Position numbers and translations under genes: made by a program | The notes under the pieces: generated by a model | What the model was told of the DNA's origin: nothing | Databases searched by the model: none | What the model saw: only the letters and a program-made list of their open reading frames with translations | DNA from: an uncultured cyanobacterium | Lineage (GTDB): Bacteria; Cyanobacteriota; Cyanobacteriia; Pseudanabaenales; Pseudanabaenaceae | Assembly (NCBI GenBank): GCA_963703315.1 | Contig: OY969811.1 | Coordinates: forward strand, 2,528,001-2,592,000 | Length of the DNA stretch: 64,000 bases | Direction: 5' to 3' | Part shown: positions 48,889-58,098 of the stretch, one piece after another | Position numbering within the stretch: position 1 is the stretch's first letter | Layout of the letters: each line of letters starts with the position of its first letter

Positions 48889-49050
48889 TTACCAGATTCT
48901 CGGTTGTAAATTTCGACTATTGGCAATAATGACAGAATCTCCTGCGGGTTCAATTAGAAATAGTCCTTCTTGGGTAGCATATTCATCGGCTTTTTCATCG
49001 ATTTTTATTCCTGCTACGGCTCCATAAACTTTATAGTTTTGGGTAAGAAA
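48889..49050 (-). pseudogene. C-terminal remnant of a DUF3782-like/PD-(D/E)XK protein
   Basis: Hand translation YKVYGAVAGIKIDEKADEYATQEGLFLIEPAGDSVIIAN..QPRIW*; no start codon, directly behind the TGA of the next gene. Confidence 0.6.
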
Positions 49051-49851
49051 TCAATGGGTTGAATCGAAGACCTCAATCTCTATTAAATCTCTTAAAAAGT
49101 CCACGAAAGATTGAATTTTAGGGAGCTGAGCAGTATTGTCACTAATCCATTTGTCATCAGAAATACTTGTGGTATTGGTTTTACCAGGTTTAAGAACACT
49201 TGCTACTGTTGCTATAGTTGCCTTATCTTTGTCAAATCTCTTCCACTTTATCTCAGAGAACTGATTGATATAATCCTTAGCTCTTTGCATATAAACAGGA
49301 TAGGCAACCTCGCCGCACTCACAAATCAAAGTATCTAATACACCCTGATCTGAATTGTTTGGCAGTATGTATAGTCCTAAATTCGGTGAACCTTTCACTA
49401 CAGTGCCAGCCTGATCGGGAAAGTTCGGGAAATATTCTTTTAATTTATCGCAATATGTTTTAGCTATTTTATCAGGAGCATCTTTGTCAGCATCTAGAAC
49501 AATTCCAAAACCTGCAAAAGCCTCAGGATCAATATTTGATAGAGCATCACTTATGTTTTGAAGAACGCTATTATCTTCTCCAATCAAGTGTTGGATTAGG
49601 TTACTACCTTCCCCAACATAGATAGCTATTGACAAATCATCAGTATTCAAAATAGTTGGCATATTCAGCCTTGTGTAATACTTTTTTGTCTTTCTAGGAT
49701 TGTAAGAAGGAACAAGTGCTTGCCATAAAGATTCTAGTGGTTCTATTTCCTGATCCCAAGGAAAAAAATTTAGTAATTTACGAAAAACTCTTGCTACAAA
49801 GGCTTGGTCATGGTTACCCTCAACCACTAACAAAACACATCGCCGATTCAT
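49051..49851 (-). CDS. DUF3226-like TOPRIM-fold protein
   Basis: LLVVEGNHD, GIVLDAD, ILPNN..QG.LDTL. Confidence 0.8.
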   Translation of the reverse strand: MNRRCVLLVVEGNHDQAFVARVFRKLLNFFPWDQEIEPLESLWQALVPSYNPRKTKKYYTRLNMPTILNTDDLSIAIYVGEGSNLIQHLIGEDNSVLQNISDALSNIDPEAFAGFGIVLDADKDAPDKIAKTYCDKLKEYFPNFPDQAGTVVKGSPNLGLYILPNNSDQGVLDTLICECGEVAYPVYMQRAKDYINQFSEIKWKRFDKDKATIATVASVLKPGKTNTTSISDDKWISDNTAQLPKIQSFVDFLRDLIEIEVFDSTH

Positions 49852-51017
49852 TAACGAACCTCCATACCCAAATTTTCTCTAAGACGCTTCAATCTACTCC
49901 AATCATGTCGGACAACTTTTGTTTTTGTCTCTTTGGATTCAAGTCTGTAAAGCACTAAATCTGATGGGTTTTCATTTACAGCCAATAAAGCATCAACAGC
50001 CTCAAGGCTATGGGTAGTTGCAAAGATTTGTACATTCATTTCTTTGCTCCATTTGGCTAACCATTGAAAAGAATTTTGTAGGGCTTCAGTGTGAATAGTT
50101 GATTCGAGTTCATCAATTAGTAAAACACCACCTTTTACACTAGCAAGTTTCAGAGCAATATGAAGTAATCGACGGACACCATCACCAAATGCACTAATAG
50201 GAGTAAGTCCCAGATTTTTATGTTCAATATAAATATTGAAACGAGAAGAATTTGATTCAGGAGATAAGAGGATCGTTACATCAGATATATTTTGATCCAT
50301 CTGACTCAATAAATCTAAAACATCAGACTTAAAATCATGAAAATGAGCTTCGGAAAGCAAGCGAATTTGTCCAATATTTGAACGATATGAAGTTGGCGTA
50401 ACAATAGAAACAAGCAATCTAGGCTCTCTTTTGGCTGGTATTCGTTTAGATAAATTATTTTCCCAAAGATGATAGACTTCAGTGAAATCGGGAACCTCAC
50501 TACCAAACAGATCAAACAGTTGAGGCTGACTATCGTATAGTTCAATTCTTAAATCTAGTCCTTTTCGTATTTCTAAATTATCTTCGTCTCCAATAATTTG
50601 TTCATCTTCATCTTCACTAATCTGTTCGTCCATAAAAATGAATTGCTTTTTTCTTTCAGGAAGAAACATCTCCTCAATATCATCGTACATTGCTTTCATT
50701 TTTTTAATCGCAAATGAACCATTTCCAGATATAAGGATAGTACCTGTGTGAGCTTTTTCTTTATTAAACAGCCATCTTAGGGCATCAAGTTGTGGGGTAC
50801 GAGCATTACTATAAACATCCTCTCTTTGTCTTGCAGTGATGAGCCAAGTTCTTATGTCTAAAGGATCACAATAAATTGATAGAGCTTCAAGAACACTAGT
50901 TTTTCCTGAATTATTATCACCAACAAGCAAATTAATTTGTCCGAGGTCTTTTAATTCCAGTTCTTTTAGACCTCGGAATTGATGAATTGTGATGTTTTCT
51001 AGATTTCTAGTAGTCAT
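49851..51017 (-). CDS. ABC-type AAA_15/AAA_21 ATPase
   Basis: FRGL, NLLVGDNNSGKTSVLEAL, FGDG signature, LLIDELES..H, ATTHS; TAATG stop/start overlap with the downstream gene. Confidence 0.92.
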   Translation of the reverse strand: MTTRNLENITIHQFRGLKELELKDLGQINLLVGDNNSGKTSVLEALSIYCDPLDIRTWLITARQREDVYSNARTPQLDALRWLFNKEKAHTGTILISGNGSFAIKKMKAMYDDIEEMFLPERKKQFIFMDEQISEDEDEQIIGDEDNLEIRKGLDLRIELYDSQPQLFDLFGSEVPDFTEVYHLWENNLSKRIPAKREPRLLVSIVTPTSYRSNIGQIRLLSEAHFHDFKSDVLDLLSQMDQNISDVTILLSPESNSSRFNIYIEHKNLGLTPISAFGDGVRRLLHIALKLASVKGGVLLIDELESTIHTEALQNSFQWLAKWSKEMNVQIFATTHSLEAVDALLAVNENPSDLVLYRLESKETKTKVVRHDWSRLKRLRENLGMEVR

Positions 51018-51050
51018 TGGCTTATTTTAATGCAGCAAGACTTTTCTAAC

Positions 51051-52415
51051 TTATATCTTTTTGAGAAAGGCGATCGCCTCAACATGAGAGGTCTGTGGGA
51101 AGAAATCAATGGGTTGAAGACGGGTGAGTTGATAGCGATCGCCTTCGCATAATAATTTTAAATCTCTGGCTTGGGTGGCGGGATTACAACTGACATAGAC
51201 AAGGCGATCGGGAGCAGCCTCACGCAGATAGTTAATTACTTCGGGTTCGCAACCTTTGCGGGGTGGATCGAGGATGACGATATCGGGCTGTAAATTGAGG
51301 GTACTGATTAGCTCTTCGACTTTGCCCGTATGGAACACCACATTATCAATACCATTGAGTTCTGCGGTAAGCTTACCCTGTGCTGTTGCCTGAGGTTGAA
51401 CTTCGATCGCAATTACCTGTTTGACCTGTTCAGCTAGTGGCAAAGCGATCGTGCCAATCCCTGCGTAAGCATCTACGAGAACTTCTATGCCTTCTAATTC
51501 CAATTCTGATTCGATAATATTGAGCATCTTCTCTGCTTGCTCTGTATAGACCTGAAAGAAGGTATCGCCACGGAGACGGAAGGTTAAGCCCGCAAATTTT
51601 TCTAAGAGATAATCTTTACCCGCAATACAACGGCTTTCGCGACCGAAGATTGCATTAGTTTTATCAGGGTTGCAATTGAGGATTACACCCACAACCTTGT
51701 CGTAGCGCTCTAGCCATGTCTGAGCAAACACTCCTAAATTCGGTACGTCCCAATCACGGGTGACTAGCGTAATCAAAATTTCGCCCGTATGTCTGCCGAT
51801 ACGCAGTCCTAAATGGCGCAGTAAACCTGTGTGGGTTTTCTCATCATAGATTTCCCAACATTGGTTATGGATATCCATTTTTAGCTCTGCCAACATCGGA
51901 TCGAGGCGTTCATCTTGAGCAGGGCATTGATTGAGATTGACAATTTTATGGCTTCCCTTTTGGTAATATCCTGCTTTGAGGTTGCCATCTCGACCAGTGG
52001 CAAGGGGATAGGTAACTTTATTGCGATAGTGCAAGCTATCCTTTGCGCCAACGATAGGAGAGATTAGTTCTTCTAAAAGGTCAGCATCAAAGCCGCCGAT
52101 CCTTTGTAATGCTTGAAGAACGATGTTTTGTTTGGTTCTCAATTGGGCGGGATAGCTGACGGCTTGCCACTGACAACCGCCACATTTGTCAGCAACGATG
52201 CAGCTAGGACGGACGCGATCGCTTGATGGCGTAAGAATCTTCTCAATGCTGGCATGGGCAAAATTCTTTTTCACAAACTCTAGCTTGGCGGCAATGCGAT
52301 CGCCAGGGACAGTATTAGGGACAAAGATGGCGATATTTTCATAACGTCCCACGCCATCGCCACTATCAGCGAGGTCATCAATGGTGAGCGTAATTTTTTG
52401 TCCCTGTTGCAGCAT
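51051..52415 (-). CDS. rlmD: 23S rRNA m5U1939 methyltransferase
   Basis: TRAM N-terminus, CGGCQWQ, FFQV, DPPRKG, YVSCNPATQARD, DFFPQT.HVE. Confidence 0.95.
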   Translation of the reverse strand: MLQQGQKITLTIDDLADSGDGVGRYENIAIFVPNTVPGDRIAAKLEFVKKNFAHASIEKILTPSSDRVRPSCIVADKCGGCQWQAVSYPAQLRTKQNIVLQALQRIGGFDADLLEELISPIVGAKDSLHYRNKVTYPLATGRDGNLKAGYYQKGSHKIVNLNQCPAQDERLDPMLAELKMDIHNQCWEIYDEKTHTGLLRHLGLRIGRHTGEILITLVTRDWDVPNLGVFAQTWLERYDKVVGVILNCNPDKTNAIFGRESRCIAGKDYLLEKFAGLTFRLRGDTFFQVYTEQAEKMLNIIESELELEGIEVLVDAYAGIGTIALPLAEQVKQVIAIEVQPQATAQGKLTAELNGIDNVVFHTGKVEELISTLNLQPDIVILDPPRKGCEPEVINYLREAAPDRLVYVSCNPATQARDLKLLCEGDRYQLTRLQPIDFFPQTSHVEAIAFLKKI

Positions 52416-52443
52416 GGTTTCCTAGATTATATGATTTATAGCT

Positions 52444-53619
52444 ATGCTAATTCGACTATTTCAAAAACAAGACAGCGATCGCATTGCACAGCTATTCCAT
52501 GATACTGTGCGCGAGGTGAATATTCGTGATTATTCGCCTGAACAGGTGAAAGCTTGGGCTCCCGATGATTTATATTTCACTGACTGGACAGAGGACTGCA
52601 CTAACAGCTTTACCTATGTTGCGGAAGAAGCGGGTGAAATAATTGGCTTTGCTCAACTAGAAGCCAATGGTCATATTGATTGTTTTTTTTGCCATAAAGA
52701 TTATCAGCGCTGTGGTGTGGGAACAAGGCTATATCGCGCCATTGAAGCAAAGGCTCTGGAATTAAAAATTGATCGCTTATTTGTGGAAGTGAGCATTACT
52801 GCGAGGGCATTTTTTAAAAGTCGTGGCTTTAAGGTAGTTAAGGAGCAGCAAGTTGCTTGTCGTGGCGAGAAGTTAACTAATTTTGTAATGGACAAGTCTC
52901 TAACAAAATATCTAGAGAAGCCTGAGCATTTTGTGGTGGCGACTTTCTATCACTTTGCTGATTTAGCTGATTATCGAGAAATGCGATCGCCTATTACGGA
53001 TTTTTGTAATCGTCACGAACTCAAGGGCGTAATTTTACTCGCACCAGAAGGGATTAATTCGACTATTGCGGGTAGTCGTGAAGGCATTGAGGCGCTACTA
53101 AGTTATCTACGTTCCGATGCACGTTTGCAAAATTTGGAGCATAAAGAGACGACCTCTGATGTCATTCCCTATAACAAGTTAAGGGTACGCCTCAAAAAAG
53201 AATTGGTAAAGTTTGGTGTATCAGGCATCGATCCTAGTAAAGAAGTAGGAACATATATCGATCCTAAAGATTGGAATGCCTTAATTTCTGATCCAGAAGT
53301 AATAGTTATTGATACGCGCAATATTTATGAAGTGGAGTTTGGGACTTTTAAAGGAGCGATCGATCCTAATTTAGATTTCTTCCATGAATTTCCTAAATAT
53401 GTCGAGGAAAATTTAAGCGATCGCAAGCAGCAAAAAATCGCCATGTTTTGTACAGGTGGTATCCGTTGCGAGAAAGCAAGTGCCTATATGTTAGCGCAAG
53501 GATTTGATCAGGTTTACCATCTTAAAGGTGGTATTCTCAAATATTTAGCAGAAGTTCCTCCCGAAGAAAGTCTTTGGGAAGGCGAATGTTTTGTCTTTGA
53601 CGATCGCATTGCCCTTTAA
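52444..53619 (+). CDS. Fusion of a GNAT acetyltransferase (YafP-like) and a TrhO/YceA-type tRNA U34 hydroxylase
   Basis: aa 1-153 GNAT (QRCGVGTRL, ARAFFKSRGF); then FYHF, EGINST, DTRN.YE..GTF, CTGGIRCEKAS, W.G.CFVFDDR. Confidence 0.88.
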   Translation: MLIRLFQKQDSDRIAQLFHDTVREVNIRDYSPEQVKAWAPDDLYFTDWTEDCTNSFTYVAEEAGEIIGFAQLEANGHIDCFFCHKDYQRCGVGTRLYRAIEAKALELKIDRLFVEVSITARAFFKSRGFKVVKEQQVACRGEKLTNFVMDKSLTKYLEKPEHFVVATFYHFADLADYREMRSPITDFCNRHELKGVILLAPEGINSTIAGSREGIEALLSYLRSDARLQNLEHKETTSDVIPYNKLRVRLKKELVKFGVSGIDPSKEVGTYIDPKDWNALISDPEVIVIDTRNIYEVEFGTFKGAIDPNLDFFHEFPKYVEENLSDRKQQKIAMFCTGGIRCEKASAYMLAQGFDQVYHLKGGILKYLAEVPPEESLWEGECFVFDDRIAL

Positions 53620-53625
53620 AATAGT

Positions 53626-53769
53626 TAGGACTGACGCAGAAGTTGATAAAACCCTCACCCCTAGTCCCTCTCCCTGTGGGAGAGGGGAACAAGATTTCTT
53701 ACTCCCCTTCTCCCTCTCTGGGAGAAGGGGTTGGAGGATGAGGGCAGTTTTTAATTTGCATAAGTCCTA
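53626..53769. mobile_element. TAGGACT-end MITE-like element enclosing a CCCTCACCCC palindromic repeat
   Basis: TAGGACTGACGCA ... TGCATAAGTCCTA ends; interior homologous to 19964-20048. Confidence 0.75.
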
Positions 53770-53806
53770 AGCGTTTAATAACTTATTAAATTCTCCCAAC
53801 AAGAAA

Positions 53807-55186
53807 ATGGTCGTCACAAATCATGATTCTCCTGCAATAGAACTGAGCGATTGGACAACAGATCGAGTATTGTCTCTAGCGCCCGATCCTGCCTCTGCTA
53901 AGAATGGTAAAGGTTTGGCAACATTAAATAAATGGAGTAACTTGGGTAAAGAGCAGCAGATCATTTGGGGTGAATGCCAAGGTAGTGGGAAAGATCCCTA
54001 TCGTACACAGATAGACTTATCTGAGCCAGCATTTCGTTGTAGCTGTCCTAGTCGGAAATTTCCTTGCAAGCATGGTTTGGGACTATTGTTTCTCGTAGTC
54101 AGCCAACCTACAGTTTTAGCTAATGGAACTCCGCCTGACTGGGTAACTGATTGGATCTCCTCACGAGCTAAAAGGGAAGAGAAACAAAAGCAAAAACTGA
54201 ATCAACCTGACAAGGTGCTTGACTCAGAGGCTCAGGCAAAACGGACTAATGCGAGACTGAATAAAGTCAAGGCGGGAGTACAGGATTTACAGATTTGGCT
54301 ACATGATTTAATCCGTCAAGGTTTAACTTCAGTAAGCACAGAATCCTATAAATTTTGGGAGCAACCTGCGGCAAGGATGGTTGATGCTCAAGCTCCTAGT
54401 TTAGCAAGGCAATTGCGTGATATTCCTAGTGTTATTGCGTCTGGTGCAGGATGGCAGGAACGATTGTTACAGAAATTAGGCAAGTTGCATTTGCTATTGG
54501 AAGGATTTCAGCGTCTGGATGATTTGCCTATGGGAATTCAGGCAGATATTCGCACGCAAATTGGTTGGACCCAAAATCAAGCAGAACTAACGGAATCGGG
54601 AAATGAAAAAGCTTCTAATCATTTAGTTCAAGATGTTTGGTTAGTAATGGGACAGCAAGTAGAAACAGAAGAACGCTTACGAGTTAGTCGAACTTGGTTA
54701 TGGGGAAAAAGTAGCGATCGCTATGCCTTATATTTACAGTTTGCTCATGGTACACAACCCTTTGAGCATAATTTCATGTTAGGAACTTCTCTAGAAGCAG
54801 AACTTGCTTTTTTTGAAAGTGCTTATCCGCTTAGAGCCATCATTACCAATCGACAGAGTTCTCCATCCTCTATATCAATTCTAGACAATGGGGGATCGGA
54901 AACTATTGATTTAGCGATCGCCTCTTACAGCAATGCCTTAGTTCAAAATCCTTGGTTAGAGCGATTTCCCTTCACTCTTCAGCAGGTGATCCCCGTTCAC
55001 AAAGAGGGCAAATGGTTTATTCGCGATCGCGCCGCCCATCTGTTACCAGTATCGTCACGGTTTGAGCGTGGTTGGACGCTCTTAGCTCTAAGTGGTGGTC
55101 ATCCTGTAACCATTTTTGGCGAGTGGCATGGCAGTGATTTTTATCCTTTGAGTATTTGGGCTGAAGGGAAATTTCATGTCATTTAA
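53807..55186 (+). CDS. SWIM zinc-finger protein (YehQ-like, DUF5691-cluster type)
   Basis: WGECQGSGKDPY, CSCPSRKFPCKH, ARMVDAQAP. Confidence 0.9.
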   Translation: MVVTNHDSPAIELSDWTTDRVLSLAPDPASAKNGKGLATLNKWSNLGKEQQIIWGECQGSGKDPYRTQIDLSEPAFRCSCPSRKFPCKHGLGLLFLVVSQPTVLANGTPPDWVTDWISSRAKREEKQKQKLNQPDKVLDSEAQAKRTNARLNKVKAGVQDLQIWLHDLIRQGLTSVSTESYKFWEQPAARMVDAQAPSLARQLRDIPSVIASGAGWQERLLQKLGKLHLLLEGFQRLDDLPMGIQADIRTQIGWTQNQAELTESGNEKASNHLVQDVWLVMGQQVETEERLRVSRTWLWGKSSDRYALYLQFAHGTQPFEHNFMLGTSLEAELAFFESAYPLRAIITNRQSSPSSISILDNGGSETIDLAIASYSNALVQNPWLERFPFTLQQVIPVHKEGKWFIRDRAAHLLPVSSRFERGWTLLALSGGHPVTIFGEWHGSDFYPLSIWAEGKFHVI

Positions 55187-55222
55187 GAAGTGATATATTT
55201 GTACATCTATAAATGGGATGTA

Positions 55223-58096
55223 ATGGCTACTAACCGCGAGAAAATTTTTGAATTTATTAACTTCTGCCGATCGCATATTCAAGGCAGAGAGCGCGGTGAT
55301 GCTCAGCCATTTTTAGGAGAATTTTTTAAGGCGTTTGGCTATGAGGGAGCCTTACAAGCAGGGGCAAAGTTTGAGTTGCCAATTCCCAAATCGAGTTTAC
55401 GGGGAAATACGGGCTTTGCCGATTTGTGGTGGGAACGTCCCCAAAGTTTTGGCAGCATTATCATTGAGATGAAGTCTAAAGGCGTAAATCTGACTCAGCA
55501 TTACTCACAGGCTTGGGAATATGCTAACCATACTTATCCATCGCCAAAATATGTAATTTTGTGCAATTTTGATGAGTTTTGGATTTATGACTTTCAATCG
55601 CAAATTAATACACCCGTTGATAAAATTCGGCTGATAGATTTGGCAGATCGGTTGGATGCGTTTACCTTCATGGAATATACTACCGAAGCCCCAAAATTTC
55701 GCGATTATCAGTTACCCGTGACTTTGCGAACGGCTCAGCGTATGGGCGATTTGTTTCGGTTGCTGAAGGCGCGATCGCAAAGGGATAAGTTTAAAGAATT
55801 GGATGCTCAGTTATTGGTTTTGCAATGCGTGATGGCAATGTTTGCCGAGGATCGTAAGCTCTTACCAGAGAATATGTTTTTGGAATGTTTGCAAAGATGT
55901 TTAGGCGGAGAGAGTAGCTATGATATTTTAGGGAATCTGCTGTTTCGAGAGATGAACCAAACGGGAATCACGCCATTGGGCAAATGTAAGGGTGTGGATT
56001 ATTTTAATGGCGGCTTATTTGCGAAAACTCCAGCGATCGAGCTAAATCGTGAGGAACTGGAACTGTTGCAATTATCGGCTCAGGATGACTGGAGTAAGGT
56101 TCGTCCTGCGATTTTCGGGAGCATTTTTGAAAGTACGGTCAATGAAGCGGTGCGCCATGCGGGAGGGATTCATTTTACTTCTGAAAATGACATTATGAAG
56201 ATTGTGCGCCCAACGATTAGTCGTTATTGGGAAGAAAGAATTGAAGTTGCGAGTACAAAAGAAGAGTTGAATTCACTACAATTGGAAATGCAGAACTATC
56301 GTGTGCTTGACCCTGCTTGTGGTTCAGGAAATTTCTTGTATATGGCATATCAGGAATTAAAACAAAATGAACAGGCTTTATTAGAAAAAATTGCCAAGTT
56401 GAACAAATCGGATCAAATTGGCTTGAGTTTCGTTACGCCCTTGCAATTTTTTGGAATCGATCGCAATCCTTTTGCAGTAGAACTAGCGCGAGTGACACTG
56501 TTGATTGCTCGAAAAGTAGCGATCGATGATTTGGGGTTAAATGAACGCGCTTTACCGTTGGATACGCTCGATCAAAATATTCGTTGTCAAGATGCACTGT
56601 TGAGTGAATGGAGTCCTGCGAATGCGATTATTGGCAATCCGCCTTTCCAATCTAAAAACAAGATGCAGCAAGAGTTTGGGGCAAGTTATGTGCAGCAAAT
56701 TCGCGCTAAATATCCTGAAATATCAGGTAGAGCCGATTATTGTGTGTATTGGTTCCGTAAGGCGCATGACCATTTGCCTGAAGGTGGTCGCGCTGGCTTA
56801 GTTGGTACAAATACAATCCGTCAAAACTATTCGCGGCAAAGTGGTTTGGAATATATCGTTAAGCATGGCGGCACGATTACGGAAGCGGTATCGAGTCAGG
56901 TTTGGTCTGGTGAGGCGGTAGTTCATGTTTCGATCGCCAATTGGGTGAAGGGGCAACAATCAGGTAAGAAAAAGCTCTATCGCCAGTTGGGGGATTCGGT
57001 TGATAGCGATTGGCAAGTAACGGAACTGGATGAGATTAATTCGGCTTTGTCGGAAGAGATTGATGTCAGTGAGGCTGTGGTAATACAGGCAAATGTAACA
57101 TCAGGGGCTTGCTATCAGGGACAAACACATGGACATGAGGGATTTTTATTAAGCCATGATGAAGCATCACAAATATTAGAGTTACATCCCAATTACAAAC
57201 AAGTTCTCTTTCCATACTTGACTGGTGACGAGCTTTTATCATCGTTTCCATCAATGCCACAGCGCTATGTGATTGATTTTTATCCTAAAACTTTGGAACA
57301 AGCTAAGCGCTATAAATTGTTGTTTCAACGGATAAAAGAGATGGTTCTACCGACTAGGGAATCGGCTGCGAAAGCTGAACTAGAGCGTAACCAAGAAACT
57401 CTGAAAAATAGTCCTAAAGCTAAAGTCAATCGACATCATCAAAACTTTTTGGCGAAATGGTGGCAACTCTCCTATCCTCGTGGTGAGATGATTCAAAAAA
57501 TATCGGCAATTCCGCGTTATATCGTTTGCTGTCAAGTTACCAAACGTCCTATTTTTGAGTTTATCGAATCGGCAATCCGCCCAAATGCTGCTTTAATTGT
57601 TTTTCCTTTACCAGATGATTATTCCTTTGGAATTTTGAATTCAAGCTTGCATTGGCAATGGTTTATGGTGCGTTGTTCAACCATGAAAAAAGATTTTCGT
57701 TATACCTCAGACACGGTATTTGACACTTTTCCATTTCCCCAATCTCCAAATTTAGAAACTATGCGAGAAATTGCTAGCGCTTCCGTAAATTTACGCGCTA
57801 TCCGTCATCAAATTATGCAACAAAAAAACTGGAATCTGCGCGAGCTATACCGATCACTAGAGCAAGGAACCTGTGAACCTTTACAAATCGCTCAACAAAA
57901 ATTAGATCATGCTGTGAGATCGCTCTATGGCATCACTGAAAATCAAGATCTCTTAAAATTTTTGCTAGATTTAAACTTAGAAGTGGCGATCGCTGAAGAG
58001 CGAGGTGAACCAGTAATTAAAGCAGGATTTCCTGAAATATTTCAAGAGGCGATCGCTGAATTTATTACCAATGACTGTGTAAAAATGCCAACCTAA
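55223..58096 (+). CDS. MmeI-like type IIL/IIG restriction-modification enzyme (nuclease + amino-MTase + TRD)
   Basis: FADL..IIEMKS nuclease motif, YFNGGLF, LDPACGSGNFL, IGNPPF, RYTSDTVFDTFPFP. Confidence 0.9.
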   Translation: MATNREKIFEFINFCRSHIQGRERGDAQPFLGEFFKAFGYEGALQAGAKFELPIPKSSLRGNTGFADLWWERPQSFGSIIIEMKSKGVNLTQHYSQAWEYANHTYPSPKYVILCNFDEFWIYDFQSQINTPVDKIRLIDLADRLDAFTFMEYTTEAPKFRDYQLPVTLRTAQRMGDLFRLLKARSQRDKFKELDAQLLVLQCVMAMFAEDRKLLPENMFLECLQRCLGGESSYDILGNLLFREMNQTGITPLGKCKGVDYFNGGLFAKTPAIELNREELELLQLSAQDDWSKVRPAIFGSIFESTVNEAVRHAGGIHFTSENDIMKIVRPTISRYWEERIEVASTKEELNSLQLEMQNYRVLDPACGSGNFLYMAYQELKQNEQALLEKIAKLNKSDQIGLSFVTPLQFFGIDRNPFAVELARVTLLIARKVAIDDLGLNERALPLDTLDQNIRCQDALLSEWSPANAIIGNPPFQSKNKMQQEFGASYVQQIRAKYPEISGRADYCVYWFRKAHDHLPEGGRAGLVGTNTIRQNYSRQSGLEYIVKHGGTITEAVSSQVWSGEAVVHVSIANWVKGQQSGKKKLYRQLGDSVDSDWQVTELDEINSALSEEIDVSEAVVIQANVTSGACYQGQTHGHEGFLLSHDEASQILELHPNYKQVLFPYLTGDELLSSFPSMPQRYVIDFYPKTLEQAKRYKLLFQRIKEMVLPTRESAAKAELERNQETLKNSPKAKVNRHHQNFLAKWWQLSYPRGEMIQKISAIPRYIVCCQVTKRPIFEFIESAIRPNAALIVFPLPDDYSFGILNSSLHWQWFMVRCSTMKKDFRYTSDTVFDTFPFPQSPNLETMREIASASVNLRAIRHQIMQQKNWNLRELYRSLEQGTCEPLQIAQQKLDHAVRSLYGITENQDLLKFLLDLNLEVAIAEERGEPVIKAGFPEIFQEAIAEFITNDCVKMPT

Positions 58097-58098
58097 TC

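Noticed and set aside
49051..49053. Selenocysteine readthrough of TGA
   Set aside because: The codon is at the natural end of the domain, not a Cys position, and no SECIS-like hairpin is evident.
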